A DNA stretch of 64,000 bases, taken from positions 69,688,001-69,752,000 of the forward strand of contig OZ260664.1 of NCBI GenBank assembly GCA_965285935.1. The letters are read 5' to 3'. Numbering within the stretch: position 1 is the first letter of the stretch; each line of letters starts with the position of its first letter. Positions 1 to 12,005 of this stretch are shown piece by piece. The notes below the pieces were generated by a model that was given only the letters and a program-made list of their open reading frames with translations, was not told the origin of the DNA and ran no database searches. The DNA is from Ophelia neglecta (taxonomy: Eukaryota). Position numbers and translations under genes: made by a program.

Positions 1-1068
1 GATCGAGTATGGTTAACCATGACCTTTTGGCGCAAATCGTGACATCGGTTCCATCAGGACAACCCGGCCAGCGGCTGTTGATTGTTCGTCTGGCTCGAAG
101 TGCTGTCCTGTCGAGTTCTTTCACGTTTGGTCTTGTACACGATTCGTCTTTGTATTTCCCGGCTATGCTAAAACCTAATGGATTACTTTATCGAAAGACT
201 GCATGCGCCTAAGATGTGGCAGGATGCATTTGTAGCATTAGGAGACGCATTAACAAGAGGAGTAAAACCTTTGGCAAAGCTTACTGCTTTTTTTCGTAAT
301 CAGGGGCTGCAGCCGTAATATGTTTGGCCTTTTCCCACAATCTCGTCACGTAGTAATATTTCAGATATTTGATCACACAAAGCCGATGTCCATGACAGTG
401 GAAGGAACAAATAGTCTTATATGTACGTACAAACGGGTATATTTAATTTCGGACCACGCCATTTTCCGATATTATGAACATAGGAAACTATAGGCCTATT
501 GGCCATGACTATAATATGTGATCTCATATTGCAATGAATTTGCCGTTGCTGGCCTATTGAAATTCGCTCAATAACTTGGCGAGGCATAGCTTAGCCGAGA
601 GCTTAGCTCTCGCCATCCAACAGGTTCTCATGGTAATCAGTGGATTGTACTGAGCAATAGAGGTGATTGTATAGAATATTGGATGCTGGCATTACGTATT
701 GGCTTTCAATGAGTTTGCCCCCTGACGAGTAGCTACTTGGCCTCCTTGGTGAAGCTATTAAAACACCGCTCGGCCTATCGGCGATAGAAAGCCTTCCCAA
801 TTTGCCATGTGTGAACTTGATATTATAAAGCGAACATGTTTTGGTCAGTATGATAACCCGTCTCCCGCCCGCCCATTGTCCCAGACAGACCACTTCAGTT
901 CTCAGCGTCCCAATATAGAGCAAGTTTACTATATTGTAATTGTTATTCACAATTAAACACGAAAAAAACTGCAATGATAGAAAACGTGTGGGTGGTCACA
1001 TTCTTTTTCTTGTTACTGTAGGGTGTGTTCAACAATTTAGGTCGAGGACTACATTTGTTTACATATAA

Positions 1069-1518
1069 AGGGTGTTTCATAAAAGTCGGATAAGTGGTTG
1101 GCCAGCTAGAATTGAAGTTAAAGCTATATTTACTAGGCTAAACGGTTTTATAAAGCTCAGCTGGTTAGGTTAAGGCCATAACACTTAGCTTTAGATCAAG
1201 TCCTAGCCAGCCAGTAAGCCACCTCATGATATCTCTGGCTAGGATCTAGCGGTCAATACCTGTCTATAGGACTTCTACAATGGACCAAGCATAAATTTTA
1301 CGCAATTGTATGTACGATTAATGATAGTCTAGCTCAAGTGTGGTCAATGAAATCCTGCTAATCTCATTAATCAATCATGCTAACCATACCTTAGCTTTGG
1401 CAGACGATATAGCCTGCTTACAATTTAAGTTATCTAGCTTGTATTTTAGCCAGCTTACGCTAGCCTGCTTAAACAGTTTAGCTCGCGAGAACCTTTCCGA
1501 CTTTTATGGAAAACCCCT
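1069..1518. mobile_element. MITE-like non-autonomous DNA element, ~450 bp with terminal inverted repeats
   Basis: Left end agggtgtttcataaaagtcgga (1069-1090) versus reverse complement of the right end aggggttttccataaaagtcgga (1496-1518). Looser inverted similarity extends ~70 bp inward. Interior is rich in AGCTA/TAGCT motifs. No clear TSD. Confidence 0.6.
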
Positions 1519-1588
1519 GCTGTAAACAATTCTAATTGTGCCAGCAATGACCGAACCTCAAACATATTCCCTGAGATTTGTTTGCTCT

Positions 1589-1591
<3 letters not shown>

Positions 1592-1619
<28 letters not shown>
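1592..1619. repeat. (TA)n microsatellite
   Basis: About 14 uninterrupted TA units. Confidence 0.95.
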
Positions 1620-3163
1620 ACAGTGTATTATGTCAGTCGCGAAACTCCATACACTTTATAACAAGGGTTCAAAGCATTGGCTATATGTATACAAAGTCTT
1701 TTCTTTCTCTGGGCCTTGTTTCTATCTCAGTGTCTTTCTAGATTGTTCTGGATAGGCTTTTGTGCTTCATTACACTTTACCATTTCCAGTTCCTGAACAT
1801 AACAAACGAGCGCTGGATACAGATAACGTGTATGCTATGCGCTGGCTGTCTTGTCCTGAATTAAACGGGTGTACGATTTTATAGCATTTTTAAGCCATTC
1901 TAACTACGGGCGGCAGATTGCTTTACTTGGCTTAATGGCCTTACTCTATATACTCTACCAACCAAGCAGTCTGAGAGACAAATGAAAGTAGTTTCACGTA
2001 GCTTAAGGCTGCCTTATCCTTCACTCATGCGATAAAATTCTTGGTACAGAGCTACCACCTAACCATCAACATGTGCTGATTGTCCAGAGTGCCGATATTG
2101 TAATATCCCCCCACCGCCCATCCCCACCCTGGGGGGTATAAACCTATAAAAAAGTATCGTCGCCTGGGGAAAGATCCCCGGGACGCAAAATGCATATGAG
2201 TAAATGCAAATGAGTCAATATATCCAGCGATACAGTAAATCATTATACCTATAGCGAGAGCATTAAAGTACGATGGCAATGTAAGACCAGAGGCTATAAT
2301 GAAATGAATATCAGGAATCAGCGGAAAAAAAGGAGGGGGGCAAGGGTTTACTGGTACCCCGATGTTAACATATGCACTAGCCCCTAAACAAATAGACCCA
2401 CGAGCAAGTGATCCTAGGGAAAAATGACGGTGTACAATACTTCCGCGGACAGTAAATGTCATATCAAGGAAATGTTTAGTAATGGATATATAGTTCTAAA
2501 TTAAGAAATAGAAGAAACATATAGGCCTCATTTTAGAAGTATAAAGATACTTTTGGAGTTCACGGAAATGACCGAGTGGTGTTATTGGGGTGTTGATTCT
2601 ATAAAAAGGATGTCTTTTTCAAATACAGACATCCTACAGTGCCCACCGAGTCACCGATGACATCACCAGCCTCCTAACGCCGTGGATGATGAACTACCGC
2701 TTATCGAGCCTCACGATTGTCTGGCCGGACTCTCGATTCGGTTAAAAGTGTCCTTAGGACAGATTTTTCTAGGATATTGACATCACCGAACAAATTCTAC
2801 GACGGCCATTCCTCCCTAGTGCACAGGTGTAAATGTTTTTAGTGTCATAAATGGAAGGTCCCCCGGACTACATTTACTAACCCAAACCCGAAAATCCCCC
2901 GGTATTGAAATCCAAGTACATGTATTTTAAGTCCGCAGGTCCAGAACTTCTATAGTTTAATTGGGACCCGGTCTCGAAATCCTTATTTATTACGTTCCCC
3001 GGTCCCAAAATACTGGTATACTTATTAAAATAGGAGTTCGAGTACTGGTGGCCTAAAAGCTGAGGGACCAAATATACTTATACTTTTATACATCGAGATT
3101 GGTAAAAACTAGCTATTGTACATGTATCGAGTTGTAACACTTATTTATAATCCATTTTTTCTT

Positions 3164-3563
3164 GATGCCAGCGATCGAATAGAAAGTAACACAATTGTCT
3201 ATTCTCTCTTAATGCCAGCTACCTTGCAGGATCTAACACAATCGTCCGTTCTCTCCTGATGCATGTTATCATTTAGGATGTGACACAATTGTCCCTTCTT
3301 TCCTGATGTATGTTATCATTTAGGATGTGACACAATTGTCCGTTCTTTCCTGAGGCCAGCTATCCTGTAAATTGTAACACGATTGTCCGTTTTTTCTTGA
3401 GGCAAGCTATCGTTTAAACTGTAACACAAATTGTCCCTTCTGTCCTGATGCCAGCTGCCTTGTAGGATGTATCACAATTGTCATTTCTTTCCTAATACCA
3501 GTTATCGTTTAGGATGTGACACAATTGTCCGTTCTTTTCTGATACCAGCTATCGTGTAGGTTG
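3164..3563. repeat. 47-bp minisatellite, ~8.5 diverged copies
   Basis: Approximate consensus GATGCCAGCTATCGTTTAGGATGTGACACAATTGTCCGTTCTTTCCT. The ACAATT core recurs at 3191, 3238, 3285, 3332, 3379, 3426, 3474 and 3521 (period 47-48). Confidence 0.92.
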
Positions 3564-6210
3564 ATAAAAAAAAATCACATTGGTGACTTTGCTGCAGAAC
3601 CTCTCGCTTTAATGACATATCCCCGGGAATTCTTTATGTATTGGCTGAATAGATATATAGGATGGCCGGGTTAGTGGGAAGTGGTTCAAGTGCTTGCTGT
3701 GTCAACGATATTCCATTGAAGGCTTATAGGTTAAAACAAAGGAATTTTTCGCTTCGAATGCATCACCATTATTTTGATGAATTGCATTTGTTTAGTTGTA
3801 TATCTTGTTATCTTTTCACTTATTGCCCAATCGTTCCAACACTTACTTTTTTTCTAAGGTTAAAAACGAATTCCTTAGTCACTGTCATGCCACTCCAATG
3901 AAAATAGTCAACACTTTGTCTTTGTCAAGAAGCCCTTACAGGCGGCCACCCGTAGCACATGTTCGCTGAAGGATGAGCAGTGTTGTATTGTTGCTGCAGA
4001 ATGAACAACCTTTTTTTCGCTTTTGAGGCATTTCAGCAAGTAATCCTTTATCCATGCCTTGTCGATGTTTTGCCTGAAGTTCTTATAGTAGACCAAACTT
4101 TCATTTCAGCATTTTGGACATGCATATTGTTAGGCATGCTTGAGCTTCTGGTGTACTCATGAAACACTCGTGGGAGTTTCAATCAGGTTTCTCAGTAGTT
4201 CGGTTGGCTACTCTTGTTGCATATATACAGTTATTCCGTGATATCCATTTTAGCATTTCAGTTGTATTCTTTATACAAAACAAGGTAAACAAGAAATTAC
4301 CGGGTTACAGACTAGATGTTTTGAAAGCACTTCCGCCTGTTGCCATATTGAATCAATATAAAAAATTACAGTGCAAAGAATAAATAATTCTTAAATTCAC
4401 CCAAAATTATAGTCGCTCTGTGTTCTGCTTTTATATTGTGATACTGATGAAAGTAACAACGCTTTTCTTAAAGGCTAAGCGCTGTGATTAACCGGATAGC
4501 TTACCCTCTCCCACCCCTTCCTCCCTTATAGAAATACATGCCTGCTACGTATTTACTTTTCTGTGTCTATTAGCAGACATTTTACCTTCTTTGTCTTTGG
4601 TCATTTTGTTATAATAGGATTCTTGTCCACCTGTATCTTGACAACCACACAACTTGGCATTTCTTAATTTAGTAGGCAACGCCAAGTCTTGCCTTGATGC
4701 CCCTAGACTCCAGTAAAGACACGACAATAATCACCATCATTTGCTCGAAAAGCACGACGGTCCGGCTTTGGTCACTTATATCCACCGGATCCATGACAAC
4801 GGCATCTTTGCGTCGCCGAGAAGGCTTGATGGCAGGCAATATAAAAGACAATCATTTGTGGCTAGTTACGTGAAGGATGAGTGCGGCTGGCGATGAAATT
4901 ACCGATAATATCAATGTCGTTTTGAAGCAATGAAGTGTAAAACTGAGGTAGGGAATATTGAAGGGCCTGTTAACGCGCTGTTGGCTTTGAAAGGCATTTC
5001 GCGAATGAAAAATCATTTTAGCATTTGTACTGACATTATTCTGCGGTTTTATTGGCTTGATGACCGATGTGTAGAGTCAATATCAGGGGGTGATTGTGAA
5101 AATGTCAAGGGGTCGATACCTTGGCATGCTGTGGCCTCATTACGTAGACATAAGTGTCTAAACTTGCCACTCTCCGCGCAAGGAATCAACCTCCGGTGGC
5201 CCCAATTATCAGTCGGTTGGTCCTCAGCATGATACCTCCCATGCCGGTGGTTCCTATGATCCTACAATGGGTCGATACAAACCGTGCTCTGTTACTTCCG
5301 CTGAACCAACACGGGTTCGTTTTGTGGTTACTTTGGGCCCTTTAGGCGACCTTTACATGACTTGTTCCCATTTATTAACCACTAATGTCCACCGTAACCA
5401 TTATTAGAGACAGAAAATCAACCAGCGGTGAACTCCATTAGTGACTTGTACATCTGTGTTACCGACTGTCTCGCCAGACTTGAACTACAAGGAACCAGCT
5501 TTTTCATTTTATGATGAAACAAACTATTGTTGGTCACTGAACGAAACAAAACTGTATGTACATTTCCTTCGTCTTGTTATTTGCTTCCGAAAAATACAAA
5601 TCCGAAAACGCATTTCGTTTCTGCTGACTGATTTTTCATTCTGGTCCACTAGACAGGTAATGCCCTGGATTTTGCCGAGGCTGAACAAGGGACATGGGTG
5701 GATTCGATTTGGATTTTCTCTGAATGGGATGTCGACCGTGTGTATCGTTGCTTGCTCGAAACCTACCCTATCTACAGCATACAATTGGCTTTATCCACAA
5801 CAACAGTCTAATAATATCCCAAAAGGAACATTTTAGACAATCACACGGACAAGCACTTCTAAACAGGCCTCCTGGTTGGAAGATGCAACCATATAATTTA
5901 ATTTTATTTGCATACATTCGCTTCATTATCTGTTTGAGAATGTTTAAAATTAAACGTACTTTATTGAGTAAAACACACTTCCCCGACATAAAAACATAAT
6001 AAAGCATTAGTGTCTTCCAAAGATTAAATTCTGTAATCAAAATGTTGTATCGTCGATAAACCTTCAGATAACTTTACCGAATCTAAGGTTATCACGATAT
6101 CAGCATGTCCAGATATTGTGATGAAGTTCAGTTTTTTTTTCAAACAACTCACAATTATGTATTTGACGCAGTACCTGTCATAGTTAATTCATGTTGGCTC
6201 AGGTATGTTT

Positions 6211-6226
6211 GGCTTCCTCTTTGCAG
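6211..6226 (+). other. Candidate splice acceptor for the 5' UTR part of the large protocadherin exon (alternative acceptor at 6879)
   Basis: ggcttcctctttgcAG is a strong polypyrimidine-AG. A second candidate, tctatttttAG, ends at 6879. Sequence alone cannot tell which is used. Confidence 0.4.
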
Positions 6227-7010
6227 GTAGATTTACTCGACTCAAACGAGAACTTCGACAACACATTTCCAGAGGGAGGAAGGGCTTGATTCTGAAGATG
6301 CATTAAAATAGTTATGACTGAGGAGCTGCTGAATTTGGACCAAATATTAATGAAGAGGAATGATAGTTTGTACTAAACAGTTGGCTAGATATACGAGGTA
6401 GTGCCAGAATCATGTGACCAACGTACTAACATGGATTTAATCAAATTAATAGGCACTGTGGGGTCGTTCAGGAAGCACTACAAGAACAAATGAGTGTGTG
6501 ACAAATCGGCATTAAATGCAATTCTACACGCGTGTTGCAGTAATTAAACCAGATGGAAAACCTATCACTGTGTTTCCTATACAAAAGGTCTGCGATTGGA
6601 AATAAACGAGCGATAGAGAACGCAATGCGCCCTATATTTCTGATGAGGGCCTTTACGTGGAAATAATGATTAAATGAAATATTTCAAGAAAAAGATTTAC
6701 CTGACACCTCCGTTTTATAAAAACTACAACGCTACTTATTTTGATACCTCGTACGCAAAAAGACTACTAATACCAATGTTGAACTAGCCTAAATTTAAAC
6801 CTGTCGCATCGGAAGAAGGCGGTCCATATGTCCACCAAGCAATAAAGTATATTATTTGGCTTCATTAATCTATTTTTAGGAGAGGAGATACAGCTTACAT
6901 GCGAACGGAGGCAATTTCCGTTTGGAGCTTAACGAGTCATCTTAGCGGTGAAATCTAAGTTCCGACTGAACTGGGTTACTGTAAAACAATGTACCACTGA
7001 ACCAGTCAGT

Positions 7011-9956
7011 ATGGAAGTGGACATCCGACGGAAGTTATCGATCCAAGCAAGCTCGGAGGCCAATTGCCGACCCCGTGTAGGTCTCAGGACCAATTACCAT
7101 CCTCATATAGATTTAAGCCGTGATAATCGATGGCGAGTGCCCTTAGAGGTCCCAATCGTCTGCTCGATTCGATGGAGCAAGTGGTTAATACCATTACTGG
7201 TGCTATTCTGTCAAACACTTCCGGGTCTTGCAATGAAAAAGGAGCTATTCTATCGGGTGACAGAGGAGCTGCAGGTGGGCTCTTCTGTGGCTGATGTGAA
7301 GGAGGACGCCGGTTTACTGCTGAAATACGATTTAGATACTGTCAAACAATTCCACTATCAGTTTCTTACTGAACCGCCTACAAACTTTGCCATTGGAAAC
7401 ATAAGTGGAATAATTAGTACAAGCGGTCGGATAGATAGAGACGAACTATGTCCAAACAAAATAGAGTGTAGTGTACAGCTAGATGTCGCCATCAGACCCG
7501 TCCACTTCTTCCAAATCATCAAAGTCACGGTCGAAATCTTGGATCTGAATGACAACGCTCCAGTTTTTGATAAACCACGAATAAACCATTTTATGTTCGA
7601 GTCAGCGTCCGTTGGAACGGGGTTCACAGTGCCCACTGCCACGGACCCTGACAGTCCTGAATACACAGTCATCGCATACGAGCTGATGACGGAGGCCTCT
7701 AACTTTGAGCTTAAAGTGACTCAGAAGCCGAACGGTGCGAAAGAGGTACGTCTAGTGTTGATCGACCGGCTGGACCGCGAGACTCAAAGTATGTATGAAA
7801 TGCAAATCGTGGCCTTCGACGGCGGCATTCCCAGCAAGTCAGGCAGTGTGGAGCTTCGAATCAGTGTGGGCGACGCCAATGATAACAGTCCGGTGTTTGA
7901 GCGGTCCGTGTATGAGGTGAGCGTCAAGGAGAACATAGCTGTCCACACCCTCCTCCTAACGGTGTCAGCTACGGACCCCGACGAGGACATCAACGGTATG
8001 GTGGAATATGAGTTTAGCGAACAGACTCAGAGAGATTATGGACAGTTGTTCGCCATTGGGAGGCAGTCTGGAGCCGTCACTGTTGAGGGGATTATAGATT
8101 ATGAGATGGAGAGTATTTATAACTTAGTTGTGGTAGGTCGCGACTTGGGCTCAGACTCCACCCCGGGGGACACCACGATAATAGTACGAGTGGAGGATGT
8201 TAATGACCACGCTCCCCTGATTACAGTCAACACGCTGCTGGCCACCGGGTCAACAGAAGCCCTTCTGCCAGAAAATAGTCCCGTGAACACCTTTGTAGCC
8301 CATCTCACCGTTCGCGATCCAGACAAGGGCATCTACGGCAAATTTAATTGCAGCCTCAAGGATAGCTTCTTTAGATTGGAACGTTTATATGACTCGGAGT
8401 ACAGCATATTTACTGCTGGAAGTTTAGACAGGGAAAAACAGACCGGTTATAACCTGGCTCTGGTGTGTAAGGACAAGGGAACCCCACCGCTAGTGGCCGT
8501 GCAACACATCAATGTCACCATCACAGACGTGAACGATAACTCCCCTGTGTTCCTACAAAACTCGTATTCAGCCGAACTGCTGGAAAACAATTATATCGGG
8601 GCCATCCTGGTCCAGGTGAACGCATCGGATGCCGACTCCGGGAAAAATGCACACTTAGAGTACATTATTGAAGGCGAGGAGGCCATGTATTTCTCGGTGG
8701 ATTCGCGTTCTGGTGTGGTTACGGCCCGGGCTGCTCTAGATCGCGAGGAGCGTGACCTATACACGTTCTTTATTACAGCACGCGATGGAGGTCAGCCGCC
8801 AAGGTCAGCGTCTGCTTTGCTGTCGATAAGGGTGATGGATGTTAATGACGAGCGTCCTCGGTTCTCCAACCTACACAGCTATAGCTTTGGAGTAACAGAG
8901 GGACGAGATGCTGGAGAGGAGGTGGGGACAGTGTGGGCAGACGACGCTGACGGCACGCCTTACAACGCATTTACCTTCAGCCTGGTGGCCAGCGAGAGTC
9001 AGACGGACGCGTTCTTTATTGACCCGACAGGGGGCAGGATCAGCACCACCCGCCGTCTGGACAGAGAACAGCAGGATATCTACAGGCTGCTTGTGGTGGC
9101 TACTGACGTGACAACACCTAGCATGAGTAGCACGTCATCAGTTACTGTGTACGTCATGGATGTTAATGACAACACCCCAACATTCACATTCCCAGTGAAA
9201 CACAATAACACTGTGTTTATCTCTAATAAAGTGCCACGACAACACACGATTGTAAATGTCACAGCCTCAGATCCTGATATCGGAAACAACTCGCGATTGT
9301 TTTTCGAGATCTCACGAGGTAACAACGAAAATTATTTTTTAATCAATGAAAAAACGGGTGCCGTTTATCTTGAGAGGGACGCTAGTTCGATACGAAACCG
9401 GACATTTAAGCTGCTAGTTGCCGTGATGGATCACGGGAGTCCACAACTCGTAAGCGCATCAGAACTCAATATCATCGTGGATTCCTCTATCGTTTATGCC
9501 GAGTTTTCTAATGAAAGTGCGCTGTTTGGTGGCTTTAATTTTTCTACTCTGTTCATCGTTCTAATAGCCTTAGCAGTAACTGTTGTTATCGTCGGCTTTG
9601 TATTAACCCTGGGCATACTGATAAGAAACCATAGGCTCCGCCATGACAGGAGTCATAAATATAACTGCCGCACGGAGGCGCTCAAGTCGCTTACTGCCAA
9701 AGAGGCGTTGGTTGGTAAAAACGCTCAAAATGGTAGCATTGGTGCAAATAGCCAGAAATCCAAAGAAGATTTAAGTGAATTCAGCGGTAAAAGTGTGTCT
9801 TCTGTCAAAGATGGTAACGGTGCTCTACTTAACAAAAATGGCGGACGGCATGTACTTGAGGCTGACAGTGGCATGCGACATGGGGACACAAATGACTTGT
9901 CCCATGAGAAATCAGTTCAGTGGTTAGCCACATTAGGCCCTCCTGATTACGAACAG
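7011..9956 (+). CDS. Protocadherin (7 cadherin repeats, delta/PCDH1-7-9-11-like), large ectodomain+TM exon
   Basis: Inside ORF 6948-9968. The first in-frame ATG is 7011 (agtATGG, good Kozak; in-frame stop at 6930-6932). Hydrophobic signal segment WLIPLLVLFCQTLPGLA. Seven EC repeats with DRE/DYE, DxD and DxNDN-type linkers (DLNDNAP, DANDNSP, DVNDHAP, DVNDNSP, DVNDERP, DVNDNTP). EC1 carries the protocadherin C-X5-C loop (CPNKIEC). TM helix LFIVLIALAVTVVIVGFVLTLGILI, then juxtamembrane YNCR. Ends at CAG|GTGATA donor, phase 0. Confidence 0.95.
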
Positions 9957-10185
9957 GTGATACTTTAATATTTTAAAAGCATAAATTAATTATGTTAATG
10001 AATAAGTGTTAAGTTTCAAACTTGGTTCCATCCACTCCTTACTCCACACTTACATTTAAGTGCTGCATTCTTTTCCACTGAGAGGTATATCCGGTACGTG
10101 CTGTGTTATTTTGCATGTCGTCTGATTTAAATTAGCTAACAATAATGCAATTAAGTCTTATTCGCTTCATAATTCTTTTTTCTAG

Positions 10186-10302
10186 TTGCCAAACACGAGT
10201 AAAAAAGAGAGCCGTACGGGCAATCATTATTCTCGTGCCAATGAAGCGCCTTCACACATGGCTAGTCGAGAATTACCCAAGGTGCCTCAACCTACCACGG
10301 AG
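10186..10302 (+). CDS. Protocadherin cytoplasmic exon (39 aa, LPNTSKK...PQPTTE)
   Basis: Branch-like GCTAAC at ~10135, acceptor ttcttttttctAG ending 10185, donor GAG|GTGAGG at 10303. 117 nt, open in phase 0-0, matching the upstream donor. Confidence 0.8.
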
Positions 10303-10968
10303 GTGAGGAAGGCATTTATCTCTTTATAAAGTAACGCATATTCTATGGCAGCATTTATCTTAGGAAAATCCATTGCCACTGTTTACCTTTACTGTGTGAT
10401 GTGATTGCTTGAGAGTTATTGTAAGTTATGGGTGAAACGACTTTTGGCAAAGTTAGCCTCGAGACGGACACCGAGATTGATATGAAAATTCCATTCTAAT
10501 TAAATACAGCTGATATATCTGCAAAATCGTACCAATGTGAATTTTTTCATTCGAAATTGAATTATTTTATTTTTCGGGAAAACCATGGCTATTTTTCGAA
10601 CTTAAAAGTGTGGATTAATTCGTTCTGTTGGAATCTAAGATGGTCTTCTCACCAATAATAATTACCAATGGTGCCGGATAGCATCATATACTTCTCGTGC
10701 GCTTTAAATGAAGAGGATGTAGACACCACTATGATTATTTATTATAAAGCAGTCATGAGTATTGAGTCATTAGTGTAGGATGAATATAATGAATAATTGA
10801 ATGTCATTGTTGTTATTTGTACAAACAGACAACGCCTTATGTAATGTTAAGGATTATGATGTACTAGCTGGTGCCTTGCTGGACTATCCTCTCGTATGGT
10901 CAAATATTTCCTAGCCCTATTATTTAGCATTATGAAAGCCAATGCAGGGCTCTCTCTCGACATTGCAG

Positions 10969-11101
10969 CACATGTCACATCTAAAGGACGGGGACTTGTC
11001 TAGTATCCACTCTGGTGACGGCTCGTACGCAGACAGCGGCAGGGGCTCCATTGAGAAGGCAGACGCCGCTCACGGCTCCAGGCTGGAGGCCCATCAAGCG
11101 G
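10969..11101 (+). CDS. Protocadherin cytoplasmic exon with CM1-like DSGRGS motif
   Basis: Acceptor tctctctcgacattgcAG ending 10968, phase 0 (an in-frame alternative AG lies at 10947). Encodes SSIHSGDGSYADSGRGSIEK. Donor G|GTAAGA at 11102, phase 1. Confidence 0.85.
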
Positions 11102-12005
11102 GTAAGATGACCACAATGACATCTGTATTTATGTATTGACCAGAAAGTCCGCGATGACTACACATTATAAATATTCATAAGCATTACTATAATGCAGTTT
11201 CATCCCGAATTACCAGGCATATTGATTTCTGACATTGTACGGAGGTATCAGCTCGTACAATTCATTAAAATATTATATTTCATAATTACAAAGACAGCAA
11301 TGAATGTTAAGAAGCGCTATTCCTCCATTTAACAATGTACACTTGGACATTGTGCTCCTGCTCATTCTGCAAGAGAAAATGACAGGAGCTGTTATCATAA
11401 CACAAACGCAATGTACCAAGTAGTCTCAATGACAGTCAACATTATCTGGATTTATTACAACAAATATAAGATCACATTGTCATCCAATGTCTACACCGCC
11501 TCATGTGTTAAGGTTACTGTGAGCGGTTTGCCATGTTTCGTGTTCACACCCGGCCACGGAGGTTAGAAGGTTATTAATTGATGAAGCTGACACCTTGTTC
11601 CATACATTCCAATTCACTCGTGTGCTTTGTGTTAGCTGTAACTGGCCCAGGCTGAGGTGTCATCCCATCGTCCCCAGGGAGTCTGGCCAACATGGTGTAA
11701 ATGGAGTCAAAAAGCCGTCATATATCACTCCTGTCGCCCAGAACCATTATCGGAATTCCCACCCGCTATGCCGCCCAACAGTTCAAACTCATATTTGACA
11801 TTTGCTAATGACAATCAATAGCTCAGGCAAAAAATCGAAGTACACTCTAAATCGAACATTATCTTGACAAGTATATGGGGTGTGTTAGTTGCAGCTTGTT
11901 TACTACTAGGCATATAAGGAATAGAAATGAATTAGGGATATCCAACAGCATGCTCTTGTCTTGAATCTGGGTCTAACTTTAAAGAATTTGTGTTTTACTT
12001 TGCAG

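Noticed and set aside
1-183. Minus-strand open frame ending ...VTICAKRSWLTILD, vaguely like the protocadherin leader (a divergent paralog?)
   Set aside because: No start codon, similarity is a few scattered residues, and it is truncated by the window edge.
553-662. Small hairpin GAGAGC-TTA-GCTCTC with loose flanking symmetry
   Set aside because: Possibly a decayed palindromic element, but the stem is too short to support a call.
1421-1446. GTTATCTAGCT-TGTAT resembles part of miR-9-5p
   Set aside because: The seed region does not match, there is no downstream star arm or pre-miRNA hairpin, and it lies inside the AGCT-rich MITE-like element.
2600-2830. Faint retroviral RT/RNase H-like peptides (PWMMNYRL, EPHDCL, FYDGHSS)
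   Set aside because: The motifs fall in different, partly overlapping frames with wrong spacing, and cannot be distinguished from chance by eye.
3164-3563. Regular repeat array as a CRISPR
   Set aside because: Units are contiguous 47-mers without unique spacers, there are no cas genes, and the DNA is eukaryotic.
6948-7010. ORF-track start of the 1006-aa ORF at a GTG codon
   Set aside because: The context is eukaryotic and the first in-frame ATG with a good Kozak context is 7011. The ORF's last three codons are also intronic in the spliced model.
7358-9325. Short minus-strand and alternate-frame ORFs overlapping the cadherin exon
   Set aside because: These are shadow ORFs produced by the codon structure of the real gene; they contain no motifs.
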